Below are positions 46,443 to 59,969 of a stretch of DNA of 64,000 bases, in pieces. The DNA is from Octopus vulgaris (lineage: Eukaryota). Where the stretch lies: NCBI GenBank assembly GCA_951406725.2, contig OX597831.1:81282001-81346000 (forward strand). Reading direction: 5' to 3'. The position numbers were made by a program, and so were the translations under genes. Under the pieces are notes generated by a model. It was not told the DNA's origin. It saw only the letters and a program-made list of their open reading frames with translations, and did no database searches. Position 1 is the stretch's first letter. Every line of letters starts with the position of its first letter.

Positions 46443-46446
<4 letters not shown>
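45500..46446 (+). mobile_element. CR1-clade LINE 3' fragment
   Basis: FADDVKL, LNVSKC, KDLGILVD, LYVTLVRPILEY, LERVQKLATRM, RRRRGDLI, RGH, WNKLP; 3' tail (AATTG)n at ~46415-46446. Confidence 0.9.
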
Positions 46447-46487
<41 letters not shown>

Positions 46488-46490
46488 ACT

Positions 46491-46765
46491 GATATCCAAT
46501 CTACAGTGGAGAAGGCTAGCCACTGGATTTGGTTAAAAAGAGACGATGAGCGATGGCTAGAAGTATATTGAGTTCTTCATAACCAGCTGATCTAGCAAGC
46601 GGGGCCTCATATCAGTGAGCGGGGCCGGTGCGCATCGATGCCGTCGAGAGGTAGGCCCTGAAACGGCGCGCATTCTCTCCTGATGACCCCATACACTTGC
46701 TAGCTTCCGATATACGGAGCTTTTAACTAGTAGCACTTGCATGTGCAAGTTGTTTGCAAGACATC
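46491..46765 (+). mobile_element. 3' end of an RLE-type non-LTR element (HERO-like)
   Basis: ORF terminus DIQSTVEKASHWIWLKRDDERWLEVY* (46491-46571) resembles HERO C-termini as I recall them. It is followed by a GC-rich structured 3' UTR. Confidence 0.6.
46621..46686 (+). ncRNA. Rearranged hammerhead-like RNA motif (compact copy in LINE 3' UTR)
   Basis: GGGGCC-g-GUGCGC-aucgau-GCCGU-C-GAGAGG-ua-GGCCCU-GAA-ACGGC-GCGCAU-UCUCUC-CUGAUGA; all four stems pair fully. Confidence 0.75.
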
Positions 46766-47312
46766 TATATACACATATATTTACATATAGATACACTACG
46801 CCTGCTTACTCGAAAACATTCTGATAATCTCCACCTCTCCCTCTGATTTTTCTTATACACACACAAACATTCCTAGATAAACATGTGTGTATGCGTCTAT
46901 ATACACTCGCGCTCACACACTCATGCATATACATATGACTTTATGAATTGCGTATTAAAATATGCATATACGCATGTATGTATGTTTGTACGTGTGTGTG
47001 GGTATGTATATATGTATCTCTCTCTGTCTCTCTCTGTCTGTCTCTCCCTCTCTCTATATATTGATATATATACGTATATATATGTGTATATATATATATA
47101 TATGAAAGAGAAATTGCTGTATAAATCTAGGTTAATGTCGCCCAATTATTTTATTGCTCTCTGCTGCTACCACTCCTCCGTTTCTTGCGGTGTTCAGTCC
47201 TGTTGCTTGACATTTCTTGTCGTCTTATTTTGATTTTGTCACCTTAATTGAGCTGAATTAAGGTAGACTGCTAACAGATTCAAACACCGGCCCAAACACC
47301 TCCACCGCATAT

Positions 47313-47360
<48 letters not shown>

Positions 47361-47810
47361 GGAGAAAAGGTAGAAAATACGAGTGGGGTAGCAAGAGAGA
47401 AGACTAGAAAGATAACTACATGCAACCTGGTTCCACCCGACCTTACACCACACCACAAACACCAAATACAAACCCTTCTCTTTTATCACAATCCCAACAA
47501 TTTACATACATTCTGACATATTATACCTCAACCTTATCTTCAACAGTCAAACGGTCGATTTGCAATCAACTCAGTATATAAGAGGCTGTCGCCGTCTTAG
47601 AGAACAAAAAGGAATGCAGTGAAGCCGAATTAACATGGATTTGAACCGAGATCCTCTGGATCCGATCAGTGTAAAGATTCTGTTCTTTTCTTTGGCTTAA
47701 ATGAATGCATTGTGTTCTAGCTTCTCGCAGTCAGAACTGCACTGAACCACCAATCAGCTGGCTGTTTGTTTTTGTTTCACCAATCATCGCGCGTCTATAT
47801 ATATACTGTT

Positions 47811-47849
<39 letters not shown>

Positions 47850-47929
47850 GCATATACATATATGTGTGTATGTATGTATGTATGTATGTATGTATGTATG
47901 TATGTATATACACACACACATATATAGTT

Positions 47930-48475
47930 ACAAAATCAAAATAAACAACATGATATCAGGAGGTGATTCAGTACGACCGTTTCAAGCGTCTCCATTTCAT
48001 TGAACAATGCAATCATTATATCAATTTAAATGCAGTGCTATCTTCAGCTGCATAAATAAATAGGATTTTTTAATCAGTTAGATGCATTAATATAATTTTA
48101 CTCAAATTCTCTAATAGAGCGAGAAGAGGGAGAAAGTCCATGTTGCTATTAATGTGACTCAGAATATACGACCCGAATCACATTAATAGCAACATTGACT
48201 TTCTCCCTCTTCTCGCTCTATTAGAGAATTTGAGTAAAATTATATTAATGCGTCCAACTGATTAAAAAATTATATTTATTTATGCAGCTGAGGATAGCCC
48301 TGCATTTAAATTGATGTAATGATTGCATTGGTCAGTTGAATGGAGCTGCTTGAAGCAGTCGTACTGCATCACCGTTTGATATCCTGTTGCTTATTCACCT
48401 TACTTTGAGTTGTACGAATACTACCGCACTAACTTGGTGCTTCAACTTAAGTATCCAATTCAACTGAATCTCAAT
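47930..48475. mobile_element. ~450-bp foldback, family H2, with a hammerhead in each arm
   Basis: Arms ~47940-48160 and 48175-48396. Hammerheads at 47966-48053 (minus: CUGAAGA..GAAACGGUCGUA) and 48282-48369 (plus: CUGAGGA..GAAGCAGUCGUA). Confidence 0.8.
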
Positions 48476-48793
48476 CATATATATGTATATACATATATAT
48501 ACATATGTATGTATATACATTTATATGTATATATATTTATACTTATATATATATAAGTATAAATATATATATATATATATACAGGCAGACAAATAGATAG
48601 ATAGGATAGTTGTTCTAAGGTGGAGGATATATAACCATTGTTCCCCAGTATATTACATATTTACTTTTATTCTGTTATTTATCACAACACACGTAAATGT
48701 CTTTTCACTTCCTTGATAAAGAGCCTGTGGTCTGAATTATCAAGCATCATCCTTTCCTCCATGAAACCATATTTAATCTGTCAAACTTCCTCC

Positions 48794-48835
48794 TATGGAG
48801 AAACCATGGGCAGTTTTGCCCATGGTTTCTCCATA
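48794..48835. repeat. Perfect 19-bp stem hairpin
   Basis: tatggagaaaccatgggca-gttt-tgcccatggtttctccata. Confidence 0.9.
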
Positions 48836-49081
48836 ACCAACAACATCCAGAGGTTTTCAGTGCCTTTAAGATGATGGTGAGGAGAGAGAGAGAGATGTCG
48901 CTATGCGGAGAGGGATCTGGTCGAAATGCTTACAACAGAAATAAATCCATTAAATGCGCTCAAGCACCAGAAGATGGCTTATCGCAGGGTGTCCAATCAT
49001 GTCTATCACCCCAAAACGAAAGAAGCACCCCTCCCCACGAACGGCTTCCACAGTTTCTGCGTACTTCATACATACATACAT

Positions 49082-49171
<90 letters not shown>

Positions 49172-49175
<4 letters not shown>

Positions 49176-49365
49176 GAGAATTCACGAAAAAAATAAAAGA
49201 CGAGGACAGGTGGTGTAGAAAAGAAACAGATGTATTAGTTTAACGCTCGGGAATTGAAAGTCTTTAACGTTTCGAGCCTACGCTCTTCCGCAGAAAGGAA
49301 CACAGAAATAAACAAGGGAAGAAAATAAAGTATGTCTAGTGGGTAGCGATCTATCATGGTGACAC
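49172..49365 (-). mobile_element. Hammerhead-bearing element, family H1
   Basis: Motif 49261-49298 on the minus strand: CUUU-CUGCGGA-A-GAGC guag GCUC-GAAA-CG-UU-AAAG. Left end at (TA)n. Confidence 0.7.
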
Positions 49366-49665
49366 ACATATATGTATGTATATATAAGTATGTATGTATG
49401 TATGTATGTATGTATGTATGTATGTATGTATGTATGTATATGTGTGTTGAGTGTAAGTGTGTGTATTCATTCGAGCATGTGTGTGTGTGTGTGTCAGTGT
49501 GTGCCCGCGCGTGTGAATATGTAGATTTTCACTAAAAATCCTTCAGAGTGAAAAATCTAATATCCAACACTTTTCAAATCATGGAAACTGATCACTTTGT
49601 TAGCAAATTATACACATACGCTGATTACTATTAATTATGTTTGTGCATATAACTATATGTATATG

Positions 49666-49721
<56 letters not shown>

Positions 49722-50003
49722 TGTGTGTATATATATATATATGCATACATATTAAACGGAATATAGCCCACTTGGAGCACTACAACGGCAATCTGTATTT
49801 TATTTGCGGGTATTGTTAACAATAGCAATCTCAAAATAAAGCAGTGTATTTTATAGACACAAACACAGACACACACACATATATATATATATGTATATGT
49901 CTATGTATATATATATCTATATTTATACATACATATATATGTATATATATATGTATATATATGTGTATATATATATATATTATATATATATATATATACA
50001 TAC

Positions 50004-50096
<93 letters not shown>

Positions 50097-50263
50097 ATAT
50101 ATATATATTATATATTTTTTTTTTTTTAAATTTTATTTTATTTTCTATTTTTTACTTGTTTCAGTCATTAGACTGTGGTCATGCTGGGGCACCACCTTAT
50201 ATATATATAAACACACAAATACATGTACCTATATATTTACGTGTATGCGCTGTTTGTATGTCA

Positions 50264-52092
50264 TCTATATATATAAAACTGAGAATGTGTGTCTGTCTGT
50301 CTATTTGTCTGTCTGTCTGTCTGTGTGAATCCCTAAAACTTGAGAACTACACAACCAATTTCATTCAAATTGTACACCTGCTTACTTCGGGTCCATGTAA
50401 TGTCATGGCCCCCCAACAAACCCTGTTTAGCTTCTTGCCTAGGGCGAGCCCACAGCAATATCATATCTTCTCCCCTATTTCTGTATTACGTGTTAAAAGT
50501 GAAACAAAAACATCTCTCTATTGTAATGTCAGATAATTTCACTTTAATAACGAAACTATTAAAGTCAACTATTAAGAGGGATGAACCATTTACAGCGGAC
50601 ATCCATTTTGTTAGAAGATCCGCTATGGTCTTATATGCTACACCACTGGTTTTTAATTCATATTAGAATGGAACCGATATATCGGTTCCATTCTAACAAA
50701 AACTGTCTGATGAACGGCAACGAGAAACTCAGAGTAACAGATTTTGTTGAATTTTCTGCTGCTTTAAATAAAGTATATATATATATATATATATACACCC
50801 TAATGGAGGCCTTAACTCCCAAATTTTAGTAATTTCTTTTATGACCCAAAACTAGGTCAAAAGTACTGAATGGATCTTTATGAAATTTGGAAATTATATT
50901 CTATGCATAAGGGCCATAACCCCCATGACAATTCATATATTTTTGCTGTTGATGAAATTTTAACCATAGATATTAGACACAAATGAAGTAATATTTATAA
51001 AATTTCATCATCTTACAAGTTAGAAAGACCCACAATTTTGTCCTTTTTTCTAAGCAAAAACGAATACAGTTGTGCTCTTGGAAGCTGTAGGGTTACCCGA
51101 GCATAAAAGATGAGCATTATTCGTAATTCAATGGTACAACAGTGTAAGAGTTTGCTTTGACATACACTTACATTGTGATTTCTGAAATGTGGTGCATAAA
51201 TTGTCAAGTAAATTAGAGGCATCTTTGCCTCCACTGATTCAGTTGCAAAGTGTTGAGTAAAGTTATTTGATTGCAGACCTCTTTTCAGTCTTTTTATTAT
51301 CACTGGGTCACACATTGTCCCCAGATGGTAACATTGATTTCAAGTCCTTCTCAGATGAGTGACTGGTTATTCAAAGACATTTATAGATTTTAAATTTATT
51401 CTGTCCAGTTACGTATCAGTATAGTGGTCATTTGCAAACTCCAGGGGTGACACTTTCATTTCTTCTTAGCCCTCACGTCACACCGTTGTTAATGTTTATT
51501 TCAGTTGGGTCATGCCCTTCCAATTGCTATACATTCGTAATGCATCTTACGGCTGTGCCTGTCACCTTGATGGTGAGGAATCCTACATTGGGAGAGGTAA
51601 CGACTAGGGTAGGGTAGCAGACTGCTTATTGTGATCATTCGTCTTTTGGTTTCCTGTAGCTTTGCTCTCTTTTACAAACCCAGTGAACATATATTTCCTA
51701 TTTCAAAGAAATTCAAACAATAGATATAAGACCCAAGTTAAAAAGATTCTCAACAATTCAACTTCTCTGGTTGACATTAAGATGCCCACCCCCAACAGGG
51801 GCGTTAACTCTCACACTTTAGAGCTCCATGACCTTCATTTTTCAGGAGCAAAATCTTTTTAACATGTTCAATAAGACTGGAATTTTGGAATATGCGCATA
51901 AAATTCAGTAGTATGGGATACATGTGACACGATTACAATTTTTGTTAGGGTGTGTAAAGAGGGAAATAACCCTCATCTGCAATTTTGATGAAATTCGAAA
52001 CATAGATATTCCAGTTCATTACAGAAAATATAACAGAAAAGTCTAATTCTTCAATTGAATGTAACACGGGCAACGCCGGGTATCTCTGCTAG
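50264..52092 (+). mobile_element. Non-autonomous Helitron
   Basis: 5' A|TCTATATATATAAAACTGAGAATGTGTGTCTGTC. 3' sub-terminal GC hairpin CGGGCAACGCCG followed by CTAG|T, i.e. insertion into an AT site. That both ends belong to one copy is inferred. Confidence 0.72.
50697..50748 (+). ncRNA. Type I hammerhead motif
   Basis: CUGU-CUGAUGA-ACGgcaaCGA-GAAA-CUC a GAG-UA-ACAG. Stem I extends via AACAAAA/UUUUGUU; the stem II closing pair is mismatched. Confidence 0.75.
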
Positions 52093-52594
52093 TTATACAT
52101 AAATCCAATGTTTGTCTAGGAATCCTCAGTAAATGGCAGAACTAATTAAAAAGGAGTTCTCTAGAGGCTCTCTTTACTACATTAAATATTTCACATTTTT
52201 CACAAACGTTTATTCGCACACGAACAACAATCAGCATTTAGTGAGAGTTGCTCTTGTTGTTCTTGTTGTTGTTATCGTTGTTGCTACTGTTTAGTTAACC
52301 CAAATATACATTATCGACATTCGGCATTCATTCCGTGACCACCCCGCCGTTTTAGGATATTTGGTTCTACATTCTCTAGCTCGTGCTTCCAATCTTGAAG
52401 TCAGCCGGGTGCAATTTGAGGGGCATTTGGCTGATATTTCTATCTGGTGGTGTCACAGATCAGACCTTCCCGCATATGTTAAAAGCGAAAATTCTTTTTC
52501 GTTATTCGACCCACCCACCCCGTTGCAAGATTACCCTCTATGCTGTGACCCTCCTCTATTCATTAAAATTAATTAATATCTTTCCTAATTATAT

Positions 52595-53087
<493 letters not shown>

Positions 53088-53114
53088 TTGATATGAGTGA
53101 AGGCCTTTATTTAC

Positions 53115-53145
<31 letters not shown>

Positions 53146-53551
53146 CTTATTTATTTATTATGGATGTGATCTATAATGAAATCATTTGTTATTTAATATG
53201 TATCTACAAAAGAAATAACGGAAAGAGCTGCATTAGATCGACGTGTTTCTGAAAGATATTAACGAAGTCGGTGACGTCAGACAGTTCTTTGTGGGAATCA
53301 AAACTAGTTCGGTGTAGAAACCACCACCAAAGACTACAACATAAACCACACAACACACACTGCACGCAGTCACCACCCAAAACTAGAACACATCCTACCT
53401 GAACAAAATTCTTAATTAAATTACAACAAGCAATAAAAAACAAACAAACAAATCATCGTCCGCTCCACCCTCGACGGCAAACTAGTTTGAACTTACAATC
53501 AGTTTTCTACTCCACTGTGTTACATACACCACATGGGCGCAGACGAGCACA

Positions 53552-53589
<38 letters not shown>

Positions 53590-53910
53590 TGTGAATAGTT
53601 GAACACTAATAAATTGTCATTAACGATACGTAAGATATTTACTTGTGTTAGAGCTGTGTCTTCCAACAAATACATACACCGACCATAAACTATCCTTGTA
53701 TGATGTTAGCATTTGTCATCTGGTCAAAGGAATTCGGTATTTCACGCAACATTTATTTTGTTTCTATTCGTAATTTATTGTCGTTTGTATATTTTCATTT
53801 TATAAATCTGTTTTTAAAATTTTATTACTTTTTTTGTATATATTTTTATTATATTGTATTTTTATATTATATTTTATCATATTATAGTATATTTTTATCA
53901 TATTATTGTA

Positions 53911-54305
53911 AGCGTAGGAGTGGCTGTGTGGTAAGTATCTTGCTTACGAACCACATGGTTCCAGGTTCAGTCCCACTGCGTGGCACCTTGGGCAAGTGTA
54001 TTCTACTATAGCCTCGGGGCGACCAAAACCTTGTGAGTGGATTAGGTAGACGTAAACTGAAAGAAGCCCGTCGTATATATATATGTATGTGTCTGTGTGT
54101 GTGTGTGTATGTATGTGTGTGTAAAAGTCTGTGTACCCCCAGCATCGCTTGACAACCAATGCTAGTGTGTTTGCTTCCCCGTAACTTAGCGGTTCGGCAA
54201 AAGAGACCGATAGGACTAGGCTTACAAAGAAATAAGTCCTGGGGTCGATTTGCTCGACTAAAGGCGGTGCTCCATCATGGCCACAGTCAAATGACTGAAA
54301 CAAGT
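53911..54305 (+). mobile_element. SINE family B
   Basis: GCGTAGGAGTGGCTGTGTGGTAAG..GGTTCAGTCCC (A/B-box-like), internal (TG)n, tail ..GACTGAAACAAGT. Confidence 0.88.
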
Positions 54306-54489
54306 ATGAGTGAGAGTATTTATTTGTTTCATAAAACATTGTTTTTCTGTGCATTTTTAGAATTCCGTTCACGTCGAGGCACTCATTTAATGTCTGTCCA
54401 AAGCAGACGAACTCATTCATCGCTTCCTTCCACTTTTCGGCTTCCACTTTTCACACCGCTTATGTCTTATTTTTATGCAGTCTATTACG

Positions 54490-55345
54490 AGGTCTGAGGA
54501 GCTGGCAGACCTCGTCACCCGCCCCACATCACCATTGCCGAAACAGAACTGAAGTCGGTACAGCAGTTCACTTATCTTGGATGTACAATCTCTTCAGATG
54601 CATGCATCAACAAAGAAATTGGCAACAGACTTGCAAAGGTAAACAAAGCATTTGGCAGACTATGTGGGACAACAAGCATCTTAAGACAAACGCAAAAGTC
54701 AGCGTCTTCCGGGTCGTCGTTTTCACGATGCTCCTATATGGCTCCGAGTCCTGGGTCCCCTACCGCTGTCATCCAAGGTTCCTTGAACATTTTAATCAAT
54801 GTTGCCTCAGTATTTTCCTCAATATTTACCGGAGTGACTATTTCATCAACGCTGAGGTCCTCGAGCGAGCAAAGATCAGCAGCCTGGAAGCCATTTTACT
54901 TGAGACACGACTACGTTGGGCAGGACACGTTGACAGGATGAAAGACCACCGCCTACCCAAGATCATCATGCACGGTGAAATCACCACTGGCCACCGCAAC
55001 AGGGGCATCAAAGAAGCGTTACAAGGACTGCCTGGAGCAGTTCCTTAGCGTTTGTGACATTGATTATCGTGAGTGTTCCACTCTAACAGCTGACCGTGTT
55101 GCTTGATGCCATACCATCAGCGATGTTGTTTCCTTCTTTGAGATCGCTCGCAGTGCCACTCTTGAAGACAAACGCCAGAGGCGAAAAAATAATGCAGTTG
55201 CATCATCAGACCCTGCACAACCATACCCCTGTCATCACTGAAATCGGTTATGTCGATCCCACATCGGCCTTATCAGCCACGAACGAGTGTACAGACGAAC
55301 GAGTGTACAGCCTTCTTAATCTTCGTCAGCGAAGCAATGCCAAGA
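54490..55345 (+). mobile_element. RTE-clade LINE 3' fragment
   Basis: FTYLGCTIS, EIGNRLAK..KAFGRL, LLYGSESW, RLRWAGHVDRM, RLPKIIMHGE and a terminal zinc-finger relic CRSHIGLISH. Confidence 0.88.
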
Positions 55346-55587
55346 GATTACAAGATCTATTGTTGAACTCTGTCGTTCTTGAACTGGAGACTTATTCGGA
55401 AGAGCAAAGTGGAAGACATTTTGCCGCTATTAAAATGTGTTTAAAACACAGAGGAGCAAGAGCCTACATGCCAATCTCTTCAATACTATCGTCCGACCTA
55501 CATTTTTGTATGCAAGTGAATTGTAGACTTGTTGGAAGAAGGAAGAACAGAGGGTCGGGGAAAGATCTGTGTTTAGAATATCATTGC

Positions 55588-55661
<74 letters not shown>

Positions 55662-56554
55662 GAACGAGGTAAATAATGTGATTGAGGAATACCATAAGCA
55701 CAATTTTCTCTGAGCCAGATTATACTACAAGACTCAAAGACAGCAATTGTACCCCTAAAAGAAATCGGAAGGAACTACTTGTAAGACCTAAACATTTATG
55801 GGTAAGGGACATAATCAAACAGCTGCAACCCAAATAAAAGGGAAGGTGCAATCTAAGGAGGGGCTGAGTCGCAATTTGACCAGCGATCTATATGGACATG
55901 TAATCGACAGTCCGGTCGATGATAAGGGCAACTTCTTAATCCCATGTAACCAGATTGGTTGTTGACACTGTTTAGCCCCAGGTCAGTTATGATGAAGTAA
56001 TTCTAAAGGATTTTATCAAGCCGTTCTATCCATGACCCACCCAACTTATTTCTGTCATAAAGTGTATGTAAGACTTTATGCAAAATGGTAGGGAGCAGTT
56101 TCAAAGGAATTTAAGTGTTATTTCTAGCGCATCCGATAGCCAGCTAGTGGTTCTTTCACAATCTATACAGCTATTTACTTCAAAATAAACTTTTTCCCTA
56201 AAACTGTATTATTTTCTTTACATTTTCCGTCACACATCATAATTTCTGAACATTGATCTCAAAGTTTCCTTAATCTTTTATCATTCAACTTTTATAGTTT
56301 CTGCTATTGATAAACAAGGTGTGTCTAACAAAAGCTTAGGGCTGGCAACAGATTGCACAATAAGGCTACAAGAATCAGAAACGTTCAAACGCACAAAATT
56401 GTTTATTATACATACGTGCGTGAGTCAATGAACTTATTTACACTTTCTTTCGAGGATATGTAAATAAATGCGTTTGGCATCATGCGCATGAACGCGCACA
56501 CACACATAAATACTTTCGCACACACACATATGTATACTTACGTACATACACTCG

Positions 56555-56641
<87 letters not shown>

Positions 56642-57116
56642 GCATATATATATATATGCATACATACATATGCATACATAAATATATACATACATAAATA
56701 CATACGTACACATATACATATATACATACATGCATATGCATGTATATAATTTCTACTCTCTACTTTCTTATTCATGCAAACAAGTTTGTTTAATATGATC
56801 TGAAATGCTTTAACATAAAATGCATTTCGAAGCATACATTTTAATTGTGCCTCCTGTGAAGTTGGTTCATCCCGGACAGTTTGACAGCAGGAGATCTCGT
56901 TTTGTTGTAAAGACATGTTCACTCAATCAGTGTAGGTCACTCGAATATTTCGGAAGGATATTAAAGAGCTGCCGGGCTTAAATCCCAAAATATTGCAATA
57001 CTTGTATACTCTGTATACTAAAGACAAGATTAGGACATTTGGCAATGGTGCACTGTTCTGATATTAGTATAACTTTCAACGCTAAAGTTTGGGACAAGTT
57101 CCTCCAGGATCTTTCA

Positions 57117-57393
57117 GGTGTAGGTATGGTTGTGTGGTTGTTCCGGGTTCAGTCCTATTGTGTCAGAAACGTCACAAACGCTAAGGAACTGCTCCAGGCA
57201 GTCCTTGTACCGCTTCTTTGATGCCCCTGTTGCAGTGGCCAGTGGTGATCTCACCGTGCATGATGATCTTGGGTGGGCGGTGGTCTTTCATCCTGTCAAC
57301 GTGTCCTGCCCAACGTAGTCGTGTCTCAAGTAAAATGGCTTCCAGGCTGCTGATCTTCTACTATAGCGTGGTGTGTGTGTGTGTTTGTGTGTA

Positions 57394-57439
<46 letters not shown>

Positions 57440-57705
57440 TGTATGTGTGTTGTGTGTGTGTTTGTGTGTGTTTGTGTGTGTATGTTTGTGTGTGTGTGTG
57501 TATGTGTGTGTGTGTGTGTATGTGTGTGTGTGTGTGTGTGCGTGTGTATTTGGTCTGTTTACGTCTCCGTAACTTAGCGGTCCGGCAAAAGAAACCGGCT
57601 GAATAAGTATCGGGTTTAAAAAGTAAATAAGTAGTGGGGAGAAATCCTTCAAGGCAGTGCCCCAGCATAGCCGCAGTCCAATGCCTGAAATAAGTAAAAA
57701 GTAAA
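57117..57705 (+). mobile_element. SINE family B disrupted by an inverted RTE fragment (57171-57357)
   Basis: SINE head ..ttccgggttcagtcc.. lies before the insert and tcttctactatagc.. after it. The insert is the reverse complement of 54872-55058. Confidence 0.8.
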
Positions 57706-57900
57706 ATGCAAAAGAAATATATTGTGACAAATGTTTCCCGCCTTCGTTCCCGGAAGTAGCTTCGGTGGATTGCTTCGAGTTCCGCCATTAAATACTCTAC
57801 AATTATTGCTTCTACGCACAGGCAAAACGCGTGAAGTCGTCGCCAGAAAATTCTTCAGTTGCGAAACTACGGGGATTTGAATTCATCTTGATTATAAATT

Positions 57901-58106
57901 CTTTTACTTGTATCAGTCATTTTGACTGCGGCAATGCTGGAACAGGGCTTTAGATAGAAATCGACCTTAGGGCTTATTCTTTGTAAGCCTAGTACATTGA
58001 TCGGTTATTTGATCGGTCCCTTTTGCTGAATCACTAAGTTACAGGGACGTAAAGACACCAACATCGATTGGCAAGCGATAGTGGGAGGACAAACACACAC
58101 ATACAC

Positions 58107-58163
<57 letters not shown>

Positions 58164-58350
58164 TATATATATGTATATATATGTATATGTATATGTAAAT
58201 GTATATATGCGACGGGCTTCCGTCCACCAAGTCCATCCACAAGGGCTTTAGTTGGCCCAAGGTTATAGTAGAAGACACTTGCCCAAGGTACCACGCAATG
58301 GAACTGACCCCGGAATATGTGGTTGGGAAGCAAGCTTCTTGCCACTCAGC
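57901..58350 (-). mobile_element. SINE family B
   Basis: Reverse-complement copy with internal (TA)n. Confidence 0.82.
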
Positions 58351-58355
58351 TAATA

Positions 58356-58395
<40 letters not shown>

Positions 58396-58463
58396 CGTGT
58401 GCGTGTATATATATATAATTAAGAGTAAAATCACTTTAATGATTTTATGAAGTGGTCAGCGTG

Positions 58464-58547
<84 letters not shown>

Positions 58548-59280
58548 GTGTGTGTGTGTACTCATTCTCGTCAGCTGACCTAATGATATTGCGACACCTT
58601 GTAAGAAATTCAAACTTGTCATTACCAAGAGATCCAGCTGTATATCTACCTTGACTTCTTATGTCATTTCTGAGAATGATCGTAATTACATCGTTATGCA
58701 ATAAATGCAACGAGAGCACAATGGCCGGTGTGTCCCGTCTTGTATAACTTTATAGAAAGCAAACTTGCGGGACAGAAGCATTTTACTACAATTCCCACTC
58801 ACCTTCTAAAACTCGAACACACGTAGACGTGGGTGTGCATATACATTACACACACACACACACACACATGCAGATGCACACACACGCACATGCACACGCA
58901 TATATGTATGCATTTATGTATATATGAATACATGCCTGTTTCTGTGTGTATGTGAATTTGTCTGTTCAACAGAGTTTATAGTTTAGATATATTCGCTTTG
59001 AATAAAGCGTCAGGTGAAACTTGTCCCTGTCAACTCAAATCACAAACACAAACACACACGCCTGTGTGTATTTGTGTATTCGTGCGTGTATATGCGACGT
59101 GTGTGTGTAAGTGTGTTTATGCGTGTGTGGTTGTGTGTGCGTGCGCGAGTGATTGATAAGTGTAAGAAACGAAAGCAAGTACGTAAGTAATGGTATCAAG
59201 GACAAAGTGATAATAGAAAAAACCCCAGAAAGAACGAGAAAAAAGAAAATGGCAATAATAATAATAGTAATAATAATAAC

Positions 59281-59317
<37 letters not shown>

Positions 59318-59353
59318 TTAATAATAATAATAATAATGATGATGATGATGATG

Positions 59354-59414
<61 letters not shown>

Positions 59415-59897
59415 TAATAATCATAGTAATAATGAGCAACAAAAAGAGCGTAAGAAATGTTGAACTGTTTAGTAAAAGCAATTTGAAGAGATGAAGCTGT
59501 TGTGTTGAGTAGATTGTACCGAATGATTGAGTGCAAGTGACATGTTTATAAGTGGAGGTGGGGAGGTGGTGAAGCGTGAGTGTGAGTGGAAACTTGACAA
59601 CTATTTTAACATAATTACATCCAACTTTTATAACTATTTTGAAATGAAAACGCTGCTATTGTAGCTGTTGCTGTTATTGTTGTTGAGGCACAGGTCAGCC
59701 ATGTTAGAACATGGCTTTTGATCATGTCTTTTTCTTTCCAGCTCTGACCATCTGATTGTCGTCATTGCTTCAACTCAGGTCAGCCGTACTTGATCAGGTC
59801 TGCATATAATCAAAGACCTTCCGGGCTATGGCCATCCCATATTTTATATGCCAGGGATAATCATGCTCCAATATACCTCTTTCTCACTCCCTCTCTC

Positions 59898-59967
<70 letters not shown>

Positions 59968-59969
<2 letters not shown>

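Noticed and set aside
48860-49020. Two vague hammerhead-like relics (TTTAAGA..GTCGAAATGC; CAGAAGATGG..CCAAAACG)
   Set aside because: Multiple core mismatches and no clear stems.
51013-51660. Helitron Rep/helicase coding relic
   Set aside because: No recognisable helicase motifs in any frame I could read.
58455-58580. GGUCAG-CUGACGA...CUGACC around a microsatellite (minus strand)
   Set aside because: No GAAA/UH segment in the right place; chance or destroyed.
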